From: a virus
Length of the DNA: 64,000 nt
Strand: one strand, 5' to 3'
IMG/VR virus record: IMGVR_UViG_3300035193_000045
Shown here: piece by piece, positions 9,241 through 17,568 of the stretch
Layout: each line of letters opens with the position of its first letter
Position numbering within the stretch: the first letter of the stretch is position 1
Notes under the pieces: model-generated
Database searches by the model: none
Told to the model about the DNA's origin: nothing
The model's input: the letters and a program-made list of their open reading frames with translations, nothing else
Made by a program: the position numbers and the translations under genes

Positions 9241-9996
9241 TTACTTTGTACGCATTTCCGCTTCTGATTTCGCGAGATAATAAATATTTTTACGAATCCA
9301 GTTACGCCCAACTTCTACGCGTTCAGTTGAGCAATGATAAACTGTACGCCAGCCATATGCCCCTGGATGATTCACAATAGTTTTTCCAGAGGGAGTTGTG
9401 TGATAGCCTGAATTGCCAACTAATTTCGGTTTTTGATTTTCGCGCTTTTTCGATCCTTCTACAACGACAACATAGACATGATTTGGAGCGCCAATTCGAC
9501 GCTTAATTGCGCGGCTAACCCAGTCAATCAATTCGTCATTGGCATCTATCCCAGTAACGCTCTCCCACAACAATGCATGGATTTTTGTTTTTATACGCTC
9601 TTTTCGACGACAAGCAAGTTCTTTTTGACCGATACGTATTTCGCGTGAAAATTTTTCTTTTGCTTGAGCGTTACCAATTTTAATTCCAGCATAGTATTTT
9701 TCAGTTTTTTCTGTAATCAAGAGACCTATTTCTTTTTTTGCTTCGTGCAATTCCGCGCGCAATCGTGCAATTTCAGCGTTAAATTTCTCACCACCTTTTT
9801 GTAGTTCATCGATTGCGGCCGCAATACGCAACTCACCGTCGGCTTTTTGCTCAGACAATTGTTTTTCCATCAACTCGCAACGCTCTCTCCATTTATTAGC
9901 ACGTGCTCGCTGCCTCTCAGCCCTAATGGCCAAATCTTCTTTTGATTTCGCTTCGAAATCTCCACACATTTCAACTACTTTGTCGTAAGGTGTCAT
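9241..9996 (-). CDS. hypothetical coiled-coil protein
   Basis: 251 aa; N-terminal two thirds are heptad-like and charged (ERQRARANKWRERCELMEKQLSEQK...); the C-terminal domain is unknown. Confidence 0.6.
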   Translation of the reverse strand: MTPYDKVVEMCGDFEAKSKEDLAIRAERQRARANKWRERCELMEKQLSEQKADGELRIAAAIDELQKGGEKFNAEIARLRAELHEAKKEIGLLITEKTEKYYAGIKIGNAQAKEKFSREIRIGQKELACRRKERIKTKIHALLWESVTGIDANDELIDWVSRAIKRRIGAPNHVYVVVVEGSKKRENQKPKLVGNSGYHTTPSGKTIVNHPGAYGWRTVYHCSTERVEVGRNWIRKNIYYLAKSEAEMRTK

Positions 9997-10060
9997 TTTT
10001 CGTTCCTTTCTTTTCCTATTATTTGTTATTTGTTATTTTCCCAATAATATCGTACAAAAC

Positions 10061-10079
10061 TAATGATTTAAAGTACTTA
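10061..10079. promoter_or_regulatory. TAATGATTTAAAGTACTTA motif (copy 1)
   Basis: 18/19 identical to 47859-47877; contains the GTACTTA core seen in other intergenic gaps; lies upstream of the gene starting at 9996. Confidence 0.45.
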
Positions 10080-10093
10080 GAATCTATACACTG

Positions 10094-10363
10094 CTAAATA
10101 AAACAGCTAAGCAAAATGGGTTGATCTAACTTGTTCCAAACACCAGTATTGAGCCACATTTTCGATAAAGTGACCCATCGATCAATAGCAAACTGGGCGT
10201 GGATTATTTTATCAGTTGGCAACTGTTGCACCCTTTTAAAAGATTCCAAATGTCTTTTCCTAATATTTTTTGGAAAAAGATGGATAATAGGCAATACATC
10301 CGATAATATAGAGGCTTTCCATTCGTCCATTTCCTTCTCCTTTTGTCGTGTTTCAGCGTTCAT
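10094..10363 (-). CDS. hypothetical protein, first gene after sigma54-like promoter A
   Basis: Track start is 10363. An in-frame ATG at 10330 has AAGGAG 6 nt upstream and is the more likely start (MDEWKAS...). The first 11 codons belong to the leader that is conserved with 47765-47798. Confidence 0.6.
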   Translation of the reverse strand: MNAETRQKEKEMDEWKASILSDVLPIIHLFPKNIRKRHLESFKRVQQLPTDKIIHAQFAIDRWVTLSKMWLNTGVWNKLDQPILLSCFI

Positions 10364-10376
10364 GCCTTTAAGTTAG

Positions 10377-10393
10377 TGCAAACGGTGTGCCAA
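10377..10393 (-). promoter_or_regulatory. sigma54-type -24/-12 promoter element A
   Basis: Minus strand reads TTGGCAC-ACCGT-TTGCA, an exact fit to TGGCAC-N5-TTGCW; predicted start is near 10366. Confidence 0.55.
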
Positions 10394-10548
10394 ATATTGA
10401 AATTTAATAAATTCAAATACTTACAAAATATAGGAATTAAAGGCTTTATGAAAACTTTGCGTAGTTAAACCATATTCTTAAGGTTTTATCACTAAAAACT
10501 TAAGTAAAACAACCATTTAGTAAACTATGCATATTTTATAAATACCTA

Positions 10549-10591
10549 TACCTTTTTGCATATATTCGATACTAATCTATGCAAAAAGGTA
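10549..10591. promoter_or_regulatory. 14-bp perfect inverted repeat in the divergent control region
   Basis: TACCTTTTTGCATA (10549-10562) / TATGCAAAAAGGTA (10578-10591) with a 15-nt spacer; about 150-215 bp upstream of both sigma54-like elements. Confidence 0.5.
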
Positions 10592-10726
10592 ATACTCTAT
10601 AAAAAAATTGCAAATATATAAAATCATTATCTTTATATAAAATTTTTAATTCAATAAACTTTTATCTACGCAAATTTTACTTTAAACGAAAATCTTAAAA
10701 CCTAAGCATATCAATACTTTTAATTT

Positions 10727-10743
10727 TTGGCATACTATTCGCA
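10727..10743 (+). promoter_or_regulatory. sigma54-type -24/-12 promoter element C
   Basis: TTGGCAT-ACTAT-TCGCA with GG-N10-GC spacing. Followed by GGCTTAAG, as in element A (AACTTAAAG), and then TAAGGAGG. Confidence 0.4.
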
Positions 10744-10763
10744 TAGGCTTAAGTAAGGAGGCA

Positions 10764-10994
10764 ATGAAAATGAATACAAAAGTATATTTAGTTTACAAAA
10801 TAGTAAAAACAAAAAAAACAGATAACCGATTCCATAGAATAGCCTACTACTTCAACGTAGAAAACGCATACGCGCATGCCACGCAAAACCCGGAATATTT
10901 TGTAATGAGCATCTTTCCTACTATTTCCGAATTATCTTGCTTACATGATAAATCCCAACAGGAAATACAAGAACTAATCAAAAAAGAAAGATAG
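10764..10994 (+). CDS. hypothetical protein, first gene of the plus-strand block
   Basis: TAAGGAGG at 10754-10761. The ATG at 10770 has better spacing than the one at 10764. Confidence 0.6.
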   Translation: MKMNTKVYLVYKIVKTKKTDNRFHRIAYYFNVENAYAHATQNPEYFVMSIFPTISELSCLHDKSQQEIQELIKKER

Positions 10995-10998
10995 TAAA

Positions 10999-11256
10999 AT
11001 GTCTAGAAGATCAATGAAAGATGTTTTATACGACGTATTACTGGCACCAGATATAGAAAGATATAGGTATACAGTGGTCTATAAAGATCAAATGGTCTTA
11101 TATAGTAACCGTAAACCAAAAAAAGGATCGTATCCCCATATAATAATTGACAACCTAATTACCAACAGAAAATGGAGCAATGGTTGTTTTCATTCATGGG
11201 GACAATACAGAAAACAAATTCAACATCGAATCAAAACATTTTTCAAGGAGAAATAG
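10999..11256 (+). CDS. hypothetical protein
   Basis: 85 aa, basic; tiles 4 nt after the previous stop. Confidence 0.55.
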   Translation: MSRRSMKDVLYDVLLAPDIERYRYTVVYKDQMVLYSNRKPKKGSYPHIIIDNLITNRKWSNGCFHSWGQYRKQIQHRIKTFFKEK

Positions 11257-11260
11257 ACAA

Positions 11261-11479
11261 ATGTTAAGACAAAAAACATTCTACGTAAATAATCAAAAAA
11301 TCACAATAAAAAGCAGGCCAAAATCATATATGTGTAATCCAAATGGTTTTTACGTTTGGATTAATAATATAAAATACTGGTCACCTTATCTAGAGCGAGA
11401 AAAAGCAGAAGATCATTGTTACGTTCGATGGGTAAAACAAAATGTAGAACAAATAATCAAAGGAGAAATAGACAAATGA
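11261..11479 (+). CDS. hypothetical protein
   Basis: Start refined to MLRQKTFYV. The ATG at 11261 follows AAGGAGAAATAGACAA, a 19-mer repeated at 11460-11478. Confidence 0.55.
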   Translation: MLRQKTFYVNNQKITIKSRPKSYMCNPNGFYVWINNIKYWSPYLEREKAEDHCYVRWVKQNVEQIIKGEIDK

Positions 11480-11823
11480 CTAAACTAAACGATTTAGAAG
11501 AAACAATAAAAGGAGCCAGAATTCTTTTTTTGGCCGGGGAATATGTGGAATGCATTGATGAAATCATTCGTGCATATAGACTAAGTGATAGCTGCTTACA
11601 TGGACATTGGGGGACACCCCCTTGTCGAGACAAAAAAGACAAAGCAGGAAAACAACAATTCTACGACTTTACCTATATCTATTCATTATGCGACGAAATA
11701 TCAGACATTAAATTATGTCTAAAAAACACCCTAAAAAATGGGGAGCAAAGACCTTTTGTGGATTTTTATATGCAAGGCGAAGAAGACGAATACTATTTTC
11801 CAAATTATAAGGAGAAATTATGA
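11476..11823 (+). CDS. hypothetical protein
   Basis: Start refined to MTKLNDLEE; ATGA overlap with the previous stop; same AAGGAGAAATAGACAAATG initiation region. Confidence 0.55.
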   Translation: MTKLNDLEETIKGARILFLAGEYVECIDEIIRAYRLSDSCLHGHWGTPPCRDKKDKAGKQQFYDFTYIYSLCDEISDIKLCLKNTLKNGEQRPFVDFYMQGEEDEYYFPNYKEKL

Positions 11824-12059
11824 AAAAAATAAATAAATGCCAATTCTGCCAAAGTAATCCAGTATTACATTATCAAATAATCAATCCAGCATGCACAAAT
11901 ATATTCGTAATGTGCCCATCATGCCTAATGCGTGGACCAGCTATTACAATTAAAGAATATTTCCAATACACAAATTATTCAGAAATATTTATTAATCACA
12001 AAGAAGATGTAAATCGTACTATATTTTTTTGGAATAGTATGAGCTATGAAACTGAATAA
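11820..12059 (+). CDS. Lar-like (restriction alleviation family) zinc-ribbon protein
   Basis: CQFC...CPSCLMRGPA...FFWNS layout resembles the Lar family pattern (CPFCG...C..CG..GP....WN.R); ATGA overlap with the upstream gene. Confidence 0.4.
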   Translation: MKKINKCQFCQSNPVLHYQIINPACTNIFVMCPSCLMRGPAITIKEYFQYTNYSEIFINHKEDVNRTIFFWNSMSYETE

Positions 12060-12279
12060 CTGTAAAACCCACAACAAATCCCCATTTTCATACCTATGGG
12101 CAAATCACAAAGATTTAACATGCAAATGGGTAATTCGGTGCCCCGCATGTATGGGGTTAAACGAATTTGAATCAAATAGTACCATTTTCAAAGTTATCTA
12201 TTCAGAAGAAATAGATAAAATGAGAAAGGAAACCGAAGAAAAGTGGAATGCGAACAATCCAAAAGAAAGGATCGAATAA
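12046..12279 (+). CDS. degenerate Lar-like paralog
   Basis: CKTH...CPACMGLNEF...EKWNAN, the same layout with a decayed first CxxC. Confidence 0.3.
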   Translation: MKLNNCKTHNKSPFSYLWANHKDLTCKWVIRCPACMGLNEFESNSTIFKVIYSEEIDKMRKETEEKWNANNPKERIE

Positions 12280-12527
12280 TGGATTTCAATCAAATTAAAC
12301 CATTGGATGATGTTGATGCAGTAGAAATTGATGATGCTCAAAAGTGTTGTTATATCTTCATCAGAGACAATGTAGGATCATCTACTGTTGTGCTTTTAAA
12401 GGTTTCACATAATGGAAATATTAAAGCAGTCAATTCTTCACATTTACCAGTGGTAGACTGGATACCTTTTGCAAAAGGATATGAAAGGGCTTTGCAATAC
12501 GAAAAAATGGTTCGCTTTCTAAAGTAA
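12279..12527 (+). CDS. hypothetical protein
   Basis: Start refined to MDFNQIKP (TAATG overlap with the upstream stop at 12279). Confidence 0.5.
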   Translation: MDFNQIKPLDDVDAVEIDDAQKCCYIFIRDNVGSSTVVLLKVSHNGNIKAVNSSHLPVVDWIPFAKGYERALQYEKMVRFLK

Positions 12528-12564
12528 AGCAATAAAGACAACCCAAAAAGAAAGGAAAAATAAA

Positions 12565-12864
12565 ATGACAAAAATCGAAAAAGCACGAAAACTCATGAAA
12601 GATTTAGAAGAAGGAATCTATCTGTCAAATGAAGATTTACTATATCTATTTTGTCTCCATACATTATACTTAGGTATCGGATATAGACTCCCACATACAT
12701 TCATTTCTTCATTTTACCACGAAAATAGTTTAATGGAGATTAAAAGCCAAATTGACGATCAAAATAGCGTTAAAGAACTATATAACCAATTCAATACTGA
12801 AGCCGCTGTACTACAATTCATTTTGCTGTATGAGATAGGAAACACTACACATCTGATCAATTAA
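12565..12864 (+). CDS. hypothetical protein, last gene of the plus-strand block
   Basis: 99 aa; AAAGGAAAAATAAA upstream; converges on the minus-strand gene at 12861 with a 4-nt overlap. Confidence 0.55.
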   Translation: MTKIEKARKLMKDLEEGIYLSNEDLLYLFCLHTLYLGIGYRLPHTFISSFYHENSLMEIKSQIDDQNSVKELYNQFNTEAAVLQFILLYEIGNTTHLIN

Positions 12865-13061
12865 CGCTTAATGACATAACGCTCCTTCCCCCTTATAACT
12901 TTCGATAAATCAACAGGAAGTACTACTTTAATAGGCTCGCCACACCAATAACATTTAGAAGTGCATATATCCCCGTTCCAAATAATCCTACCCTTTACAT
13001 GTAATTTAAAACCGTCATCAGTTCTTTGAATTATTTGATTACGGCAATTAGGGCACTTCAT
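12861..13061 (-). CDS. zinc-ribbon protein
   Basis: MKCPNCRNQ...CYWCGEP: two CxxC pairs in 66 aa. Confidence 0.55.
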   Translation of the reverse strand: MKCPNCRNQIIQRTDDGFKLHVKGRIIWNGDICTSKCYWCGEPIKVVLPVDLSKVIRGKERYVIKR

Positions 13062-15432
13062 TTATATTGCCTTTAGTCCATTGTAATCTTCTAGTTACTA
13101 CAAATCTATTAATACCTTTATTCTTTTTTCGTGCTTCTTTCTTAGATTCTTTTACTGTATCAGGAATTACCAATTCTTTAACCGGTATAACGTTTTCACC
13201 AAATTGATAATCTTCTATGTCTCCATAGATACCTTTATTATCTTTTTGCTTCTTACGTTTTTTTAATTCTTCTTTGCCTATATTAAAGATTTCCTTATAC
13301 CGTATAGTTCCTCCACTACCAGGTTTCTTCACTTCTGTACCATAAAAATAATTCAATCCTAATCCTGGACCAGGGGATAAATCATAATTAGATTTATAGA
13401 TATTGCTTTTTAAATCATCCCATAATCTATATAATCTTTTATCAAATTTTTTCTTATTAGCTTCTGTTAAACTATTCAAAAAAGTTTTATCCCAAAAAGA
13501 TTTTACTTTACTATTAAAGTACTTAAAATCAGGAGAATTTCCTACTATTCTTTCAAATATATGATGTTGATTTGTATCTTTAAAATTACGAATAAATCTT
13601 TCCAATTCCCCAGCACCTTCATTCCAAAATGCATCAAATTCGGCAGATTGATTATAATATTCTTTACTATGCTCAGTTACTATGTTATGAACTTTACCAT
13701 ATCCAGCATTAAGATAATGAGATATTTCGTGAATAATAACTTTACTAGTTATTCTAGTGTCTAAATAAGTAGTATCATATGGATTCCTTAAATTAGTTAA
13801 CACTAATACATCTTTCCCATCATTAGTTTTACCAATACCATTGCCTCTAAAAACTCCTTTAGGAGTAATCAATATATGTAAATGTGATAAATTTTTATCA
13901 TTTGTAAATTGATTTGCCTGTATATAAACATTTCCATTTGAATCAAATTGCAAATTATCTTTATTATCCTTTACCCAACTAATTAATTCATCATAAAAAT
14001 TACTAGCTTTATTTCTCATTGATAAATTAGGATCTTTATAAGGTATAGTATGCTCAGCATTTGCCCATTTACCACCTTTAGGTCCTATGAATAAGGCTTT
14101 ATTTATTTCCTCTCTGTCTATGCCTACCCCACACCATCTTTTAAAAGCTTCGACATCCATAGAACTACAATCATAAATAAAATCATCCGGATTATCGTAA
14201 TTCATTCTATAGACATTTAATGCATGTTCTTCATTCCTAAAACCAAGCATACATTTTTGTTCATCATATAATTCATTATCAGGATTCTTTTGATCAATTA
14301 TATAAACTACAGGTGAATCTTTAAATGGTCCAACAAATACATCTAACTCTTCTTCATCCATAGAAGTGGTTCGTTTTACAAAACCATAAGATGCGCCGTA
14401 CATAATGGTTTCCCCTATTGAACCATCTCCATTAATCCATTTACGCTTATCCCCTTTTGGAGTTTCGATAGCAATAGGAATTCCTTGAAAAACTATATTA
14501 GCCTTAGCCTTTAAGGATTTATAAAAAAGATTTTCTTCAATTAAAGCCTTTTCTAATTCTTCAGGCTCTTGATAGATTTCCCCCAATTTACCTCCTGGTA
14601 CTAAATCACCTTCTTCATTAAATCCCCATCCCTTTGGAACACTAATCATGCTGCATACACAATTAGGATGAATTGGACCAACTACAACTTGCCAATCATT
14701 TTGTTTACGTCCTACATTACTCCCATGTTCTTCTAATGTAGATAATTTAAATATCCTAGGCTGCCCATCTGGACCAATATGTAAACGAATACAATGTTTA
14801 CATGCCCCTGGATTAGGTATACGCGCAACATAAACATCTTCTCCATACTTTTTTCTAAGGTAATCTGCTTGCCCTTGCTGTGTTGAATACATTATCTCAG
14901 TTACAGCAATTCGTTTCATATCCCTAGCCCAATCCCCAGTAGACCAACCTAAATCACTTCTAAGCTTTTCGATACTCTCTCTTCTTGCAGCATTTAAAGC
15001 AGTAAGATTTTTTATCTTATCCTCATACGCAATTCGAAATCTTTGATCTGCTTCTATCAAAGTTCTTCCCGTATCTTTTTCAATTACATTTCCTAATCCC
15101 ATACAATATTGTCCCGCATTTACTTGCGCCATACGAACAGCTCTTTGTTGCATTTGCGTTAACGGTTGTGGATTTTTTTGAATATAATCTTCAAATCTAT
15201 TATATGACATCTGTGAAGCTTGAGGACTATTTAATTTACCAAGCACTTGTCCGTATTCATATATTTTCTTAATAAGGTCCTTTGACTCTTTATTCAATAA
15301 CCCTTTATCTCGTAATTCATCAATCACTTCATCAGGTAACGCGTCATGACCAATTGTATTAGCTATAAATGCATTATGATGTAATTCAATTATATCTTGG
15401 ATTTCTAATATTTGATCAGGAGTTAACGGCAT
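13048..15432 (-). CDS. polyvalent head-morphogenesis protein (MuF/SPP1 gp7 domain + PPase-like region + HExxH zincin)
   Basis: CKHCIRLHIGPDGQPRIFKL...IHPNCVCSM is the MuF/gp7 signature. YGFVKRTTSMDEEELDVFVGP resembles inorganic pyrophosphatase. ALFIGPKGGKWANAEHTIPYKD is a shared module. VIIHEISHYLN is an HExxH motif. Confidence 0.75.
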   Translation of the reverse strand: MPLTPDQILEIQDIIELHHNAFIANTIGHDALPDEVIDELRDKGLLNKESKDLIKKIYEYGQVLGKLNSPQASQMSYNRFEDYIQKNPQPLTQMQQRAVRMAQVNAGQYCMGLGNVIEKDTGRTLIEADQRFRIAYEDKIKNLTALNAARRESIEKLRSDLGWSTGDWARDMKRIAVTEIMYSTQQGQADYLRKKYGEDVYVARIPNPGACKHCIRLHIGPDGQPRIFKLSTLEEHGSNVGRKQNDWQVVVGPIHPNCVCSMISVPKGWGFNEEGDLVPGGKLGEIYQEPEELEKALIEENLFYKSLKAKANIVFQGIPIAIETPKGDKRKWINGDGSIGETIMYGASYGFVKRTTSMDEEELDVFVGPFKDSPVVYIIDQKNPDNELYDEQKCMLGFRNEEHALNVYRMNYDNPDDFIYDCSSMDVEAFKRWCGVGIDREEINKALFIGPKGGKWANAEHTIPYKDPNLSMRNKASNFYDELISWVKDNKDNLQFDSNGNVYIQANQFTNDKNLSHLHILITPKGVFRGNGIGKTNDGKDVLVLTNLRNPYDTTYLDTRITSKVIIHEISHYLNAGYGKVHNIVTEHSKEYYNQSAEFDAFWNEGAGELERFIRNFKDTNQHHIFERIVGNSPDFKYFNSKVKSFWDKTFLNSLTEANKKKFDKRLYRLWDDLKSNIYKSNYDLSPGPGLGLNYFYGTEVKKPGSGGTIRYKEIFNIGKEELKKRKKQKDNKGIYGDIEDYQFGENVIPVKELVIPDTVKESKKEARKKNKGINRFVVTRRLQWTKGNINEVP

Positions 15433-15437
15433 AATAA

Positions 15438-15995
15438 TTATCCCTTTAAAATAACTTGTTTATCAAAATGTTTAAACCGATGGGTATCTGTCCACATTCG
15501 TAAAACGCCAAGTCTTAGAAATTTTATAATAGTATCTTGTTTAGGATCAGTAAATAACCCTTTCCGTAATTTCGGTCTAGGTTTTCTAATTATATGAGTT
15601 GAATACTTTTGCCTTGAATATTGCTGATTAAATGGATATTCATTGTAATAAGTATTTACTTGAACTAATCCAGCATAATCAGGAATTTCACTTAAAACCT
15701 TATCCGTATCTAAAATATCTGGAACGGCAAACCATAGGTGTTTAACAAATCTAGCATAATGATTATGCCATTTCTCTTTATCTATTTTCAAATCAGCCAT
15801 AGTTACCTTAATCTCTACTTCATGAAATATCCCAGTTTTAGATAGACATAATAAATCAGGTTCATGATTAAGCCCTAAGCCCCAACCGACATTTGGAACA
15901 ACTGAATACCTTCCAAAGTCAAAAAGATTACTTTTCCTAGTTAATGCATATTGCATTCGAGATTCCGTCCATCGTTGTATAGGAATTCTATTCAT
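15438..15995 (-). CDS. PD-(D/E)xK nuclease-like protein (MmcB-like)
   Basis: EPDLLCLSKTGIFHEVEIKVTMADLKIDKEKWH fits a D...ExK nuclease core; begins MNRIPIQ. Confidence 0.5.
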   Translation of the reverse strand: MNRIPIQRWTESRMQYALTRKSNLFDFGRYSVVPNVGWGLGLNHEPDLLCLSKTGIFHEVEIKVTMADLKIDKEKWHNHYARFVKHLWFAVPDILDTDKVLSEIPDYAGLVQVNTYYNEYPFNQQYSRQKYSTHIIRKPRPKLRKGLFTDPKQDTIIKFLRLGVLRMWTDTHRFKHFDKQVILKG

Positions 15996-16968
15996 TGGGA
16001 TCTATGTCAATAATCAAATTTCCATTAAAATCTTCAAATTCTAATCCACTGCAAAGGAATCCAGCGGCCTTTTTATGTCCTCCCCCACCAAAAGTTTTTG
16101 CTATCTGTGATACATCTATTTCTTTTTCAGTATATAAGGAAATTTTATAAGATTCTTTATGCCTTACAAAAACCATTATTAAATCAATAGATTTATTATA
16201 TAGTACGCTATCTTTAACAATGGATGAATTGCTAAAACCTTTATTTACGCATAGTACATTGTACAGTTCATCTTCAAATTCTAAAACAGCTATAAATCCA
16301 TATGTGTTTGTATATTTATAATTCAAATTACTTTGATATTTTTCAATTATTTCACCATTATGAATTACCTGTTTGATTATACTATCAGAAATCAATGAAT
16401 TATCTAACAAATCCTTCCATTCAAAATTACAAGGTCCTATATCATATAATTTCATCCCATATTGAAAAGGTACTACTTCCTTATCACTATGATCCCATAC
16501 ATCATATCGCCCTAATAATCTAATAGCTTTAGGTATATCTTCATCTGATAGTGGAACAGGTACTCCATCAATATAAGCAATTCCTGTATAAAAATACATA
16601 TAAGTTAATTCACATGCAGCGTAGTTAATGTCTCTAATACCTTGAATATCTTTATTATCGACAATCACACTTGCATGATGATCTATCCAAATTAAATCAA
16701 CTAAATTATTTAATCTTTTCATATCTTCTTTAGATAAAGAAAAATCAACCATTACTACTTTATCATAAGGAACACAATCTTCTTCAGTCATTTCATCTTT
16801 ATCTACAAATGACCAAGGAAAATCATCTCCATAATTCATTCCATATAAAATAACATTTTCATCAATAGAAGCATCTTCTGCATCATAAAAATAATTATAA
16901 ACTATAGCAGCTGAGCAAATACCGTCTAAATCGGCATTGTGATAAATACATAATACTTTTTCACACAT
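15988..16968 (-). CDS. DHH/DHHA1 family phosphoesterase (NrnA/RecJ-like)
   Basis: HNADLDGICSAAI (motif I/II), WIDHHAS (DHH) and FGGGGHKKAAGF (DHHA1 GGGH) in canonical order. Confidence 0.8.
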   Translation of the reverse strand: MCEKVLCIYHNADLDGICSAAIVYNYFYDAEDASIDENVILYGMNYGDDFPWSFVDKDEMTEEDCVPYDKVVMVDFSLSKEDMKRLNNLVDLIWIDHHASVIVDNKDIQGIRDINYAACELTYMYFYTGIAYIDGVPVPLSDEDIPKAIRLLGRYDVWDHSDKEVVPFQYGMKLYDIGPCNFEWKDLLDNSLISDSIIKQVIHNGEIIEKYQSNLNYKYTNTYGFIAVLEFEDELYNVLCVNKGFSNSSIVKDSVLYNKSIDLIMVFVRHKESYKISLYTEKEIDVSQIAKTFGGGGHKKAAGFLCSGLEFEDFNGNLIIDIDPNE

Positions 16969-16970
16969 AA

Positions 16971-17195
16971 CTACTCCCTTTCATCTTCTTCTATTACTAC
17001 ATCTTCTTCAAAAGACTCTATAAATACATCAACTGGTTTGTCATTTTCGCCCCATAAATAAACTTGACCACTTTGAGGCAAGAAATCGAGTAATGCCCCA
17101 ATAGCTGGATCATCAGTAATAGTTCCGGCATCTTCTTTACCATCCGGTAATACTACTGACCAATTAATCTCTAATGTACCACAAACCTTACGCAT
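16971..17195 (-). CDS. hypothetical acidic protein
   Basis: 74 aa ORF tiling with neighbours; no motif recognised. Confidence 0.55.
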   Translation of the reverse strand: MRKVCGTLEINWSVVLPDGKEDAGTITDDPAIGALLDFLPQSGQVYLWGENDKPVDVFIESFEEDVVIEEDERE

Positions 17196-17332
17196 TATTG
17201 TTTACCTTTTCCTTCTTCTAAAATGATTTCATTCCAGGCTTCTCGCAATCCTTCAGGTATAGGATACCATTCAACGTCTAATTCTCCATCTTCATCAATA
17301 TCTTCATTTATTTCTTTATTAAATTCTTCCAT
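17195..17332 (-). CDS. small acidic protein (45 aa, not in the ORF track)
   Basis: Hand translation: MEEFNKEINEDIDEDGELDVEWYPIPEGLREAWNEIILEEGKGKQ. TAATG overlaps at both ends fill the 136-nt gap. Confidence 0.4.
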   Translation of the reverse strand: MEEFNKEINEDIDEDGELDVEWYPIPEGLREAWNEIILEEGKGKQ

Positions 17333-17568
17333 TACCGCGCTCTCCATGTCCTAGGTTGTTCTCCAAGTAATTCAACAACTTCATCCATGTAAAATCCCCC
17401 TCTTTCAGCAATCCTTTCCGCAGACTGGGTATTATTCCATTTTTTATGATATGCTTCCCATACCTTTAAATGTTCTCCCCAAGAAATAAACCCATCAGGT
17501 ATACGTAGTAATTTACTGCCAATAACCCTTACTATTCGTTCTTCATCCATCAACCTACCTCTTTCCAA
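17332..17568 (-). CDS. hypothetical protein
   Basis: 78 aa; overlaps the stop of the giant gene by 19 nt. Confidence 0.55.
   Translation of the reverse strand: MERGRLMDEERIVRVIGSKLLRIPDGFISWGEHLKVWEAYHKKWNNTQSAERIAERGGFYMDEVVELLGEQPRTWRAR

Noticed and set aside
10364-10763. AT-rich 400-bp divergent region considered as a replication origin
   Set aside because: I saw no iteron series or DnaA-box-like repeats, only one inverted repeat and promoter-like elements. It is interpreted as a transcriptional control region, though an origin function is not excluded.
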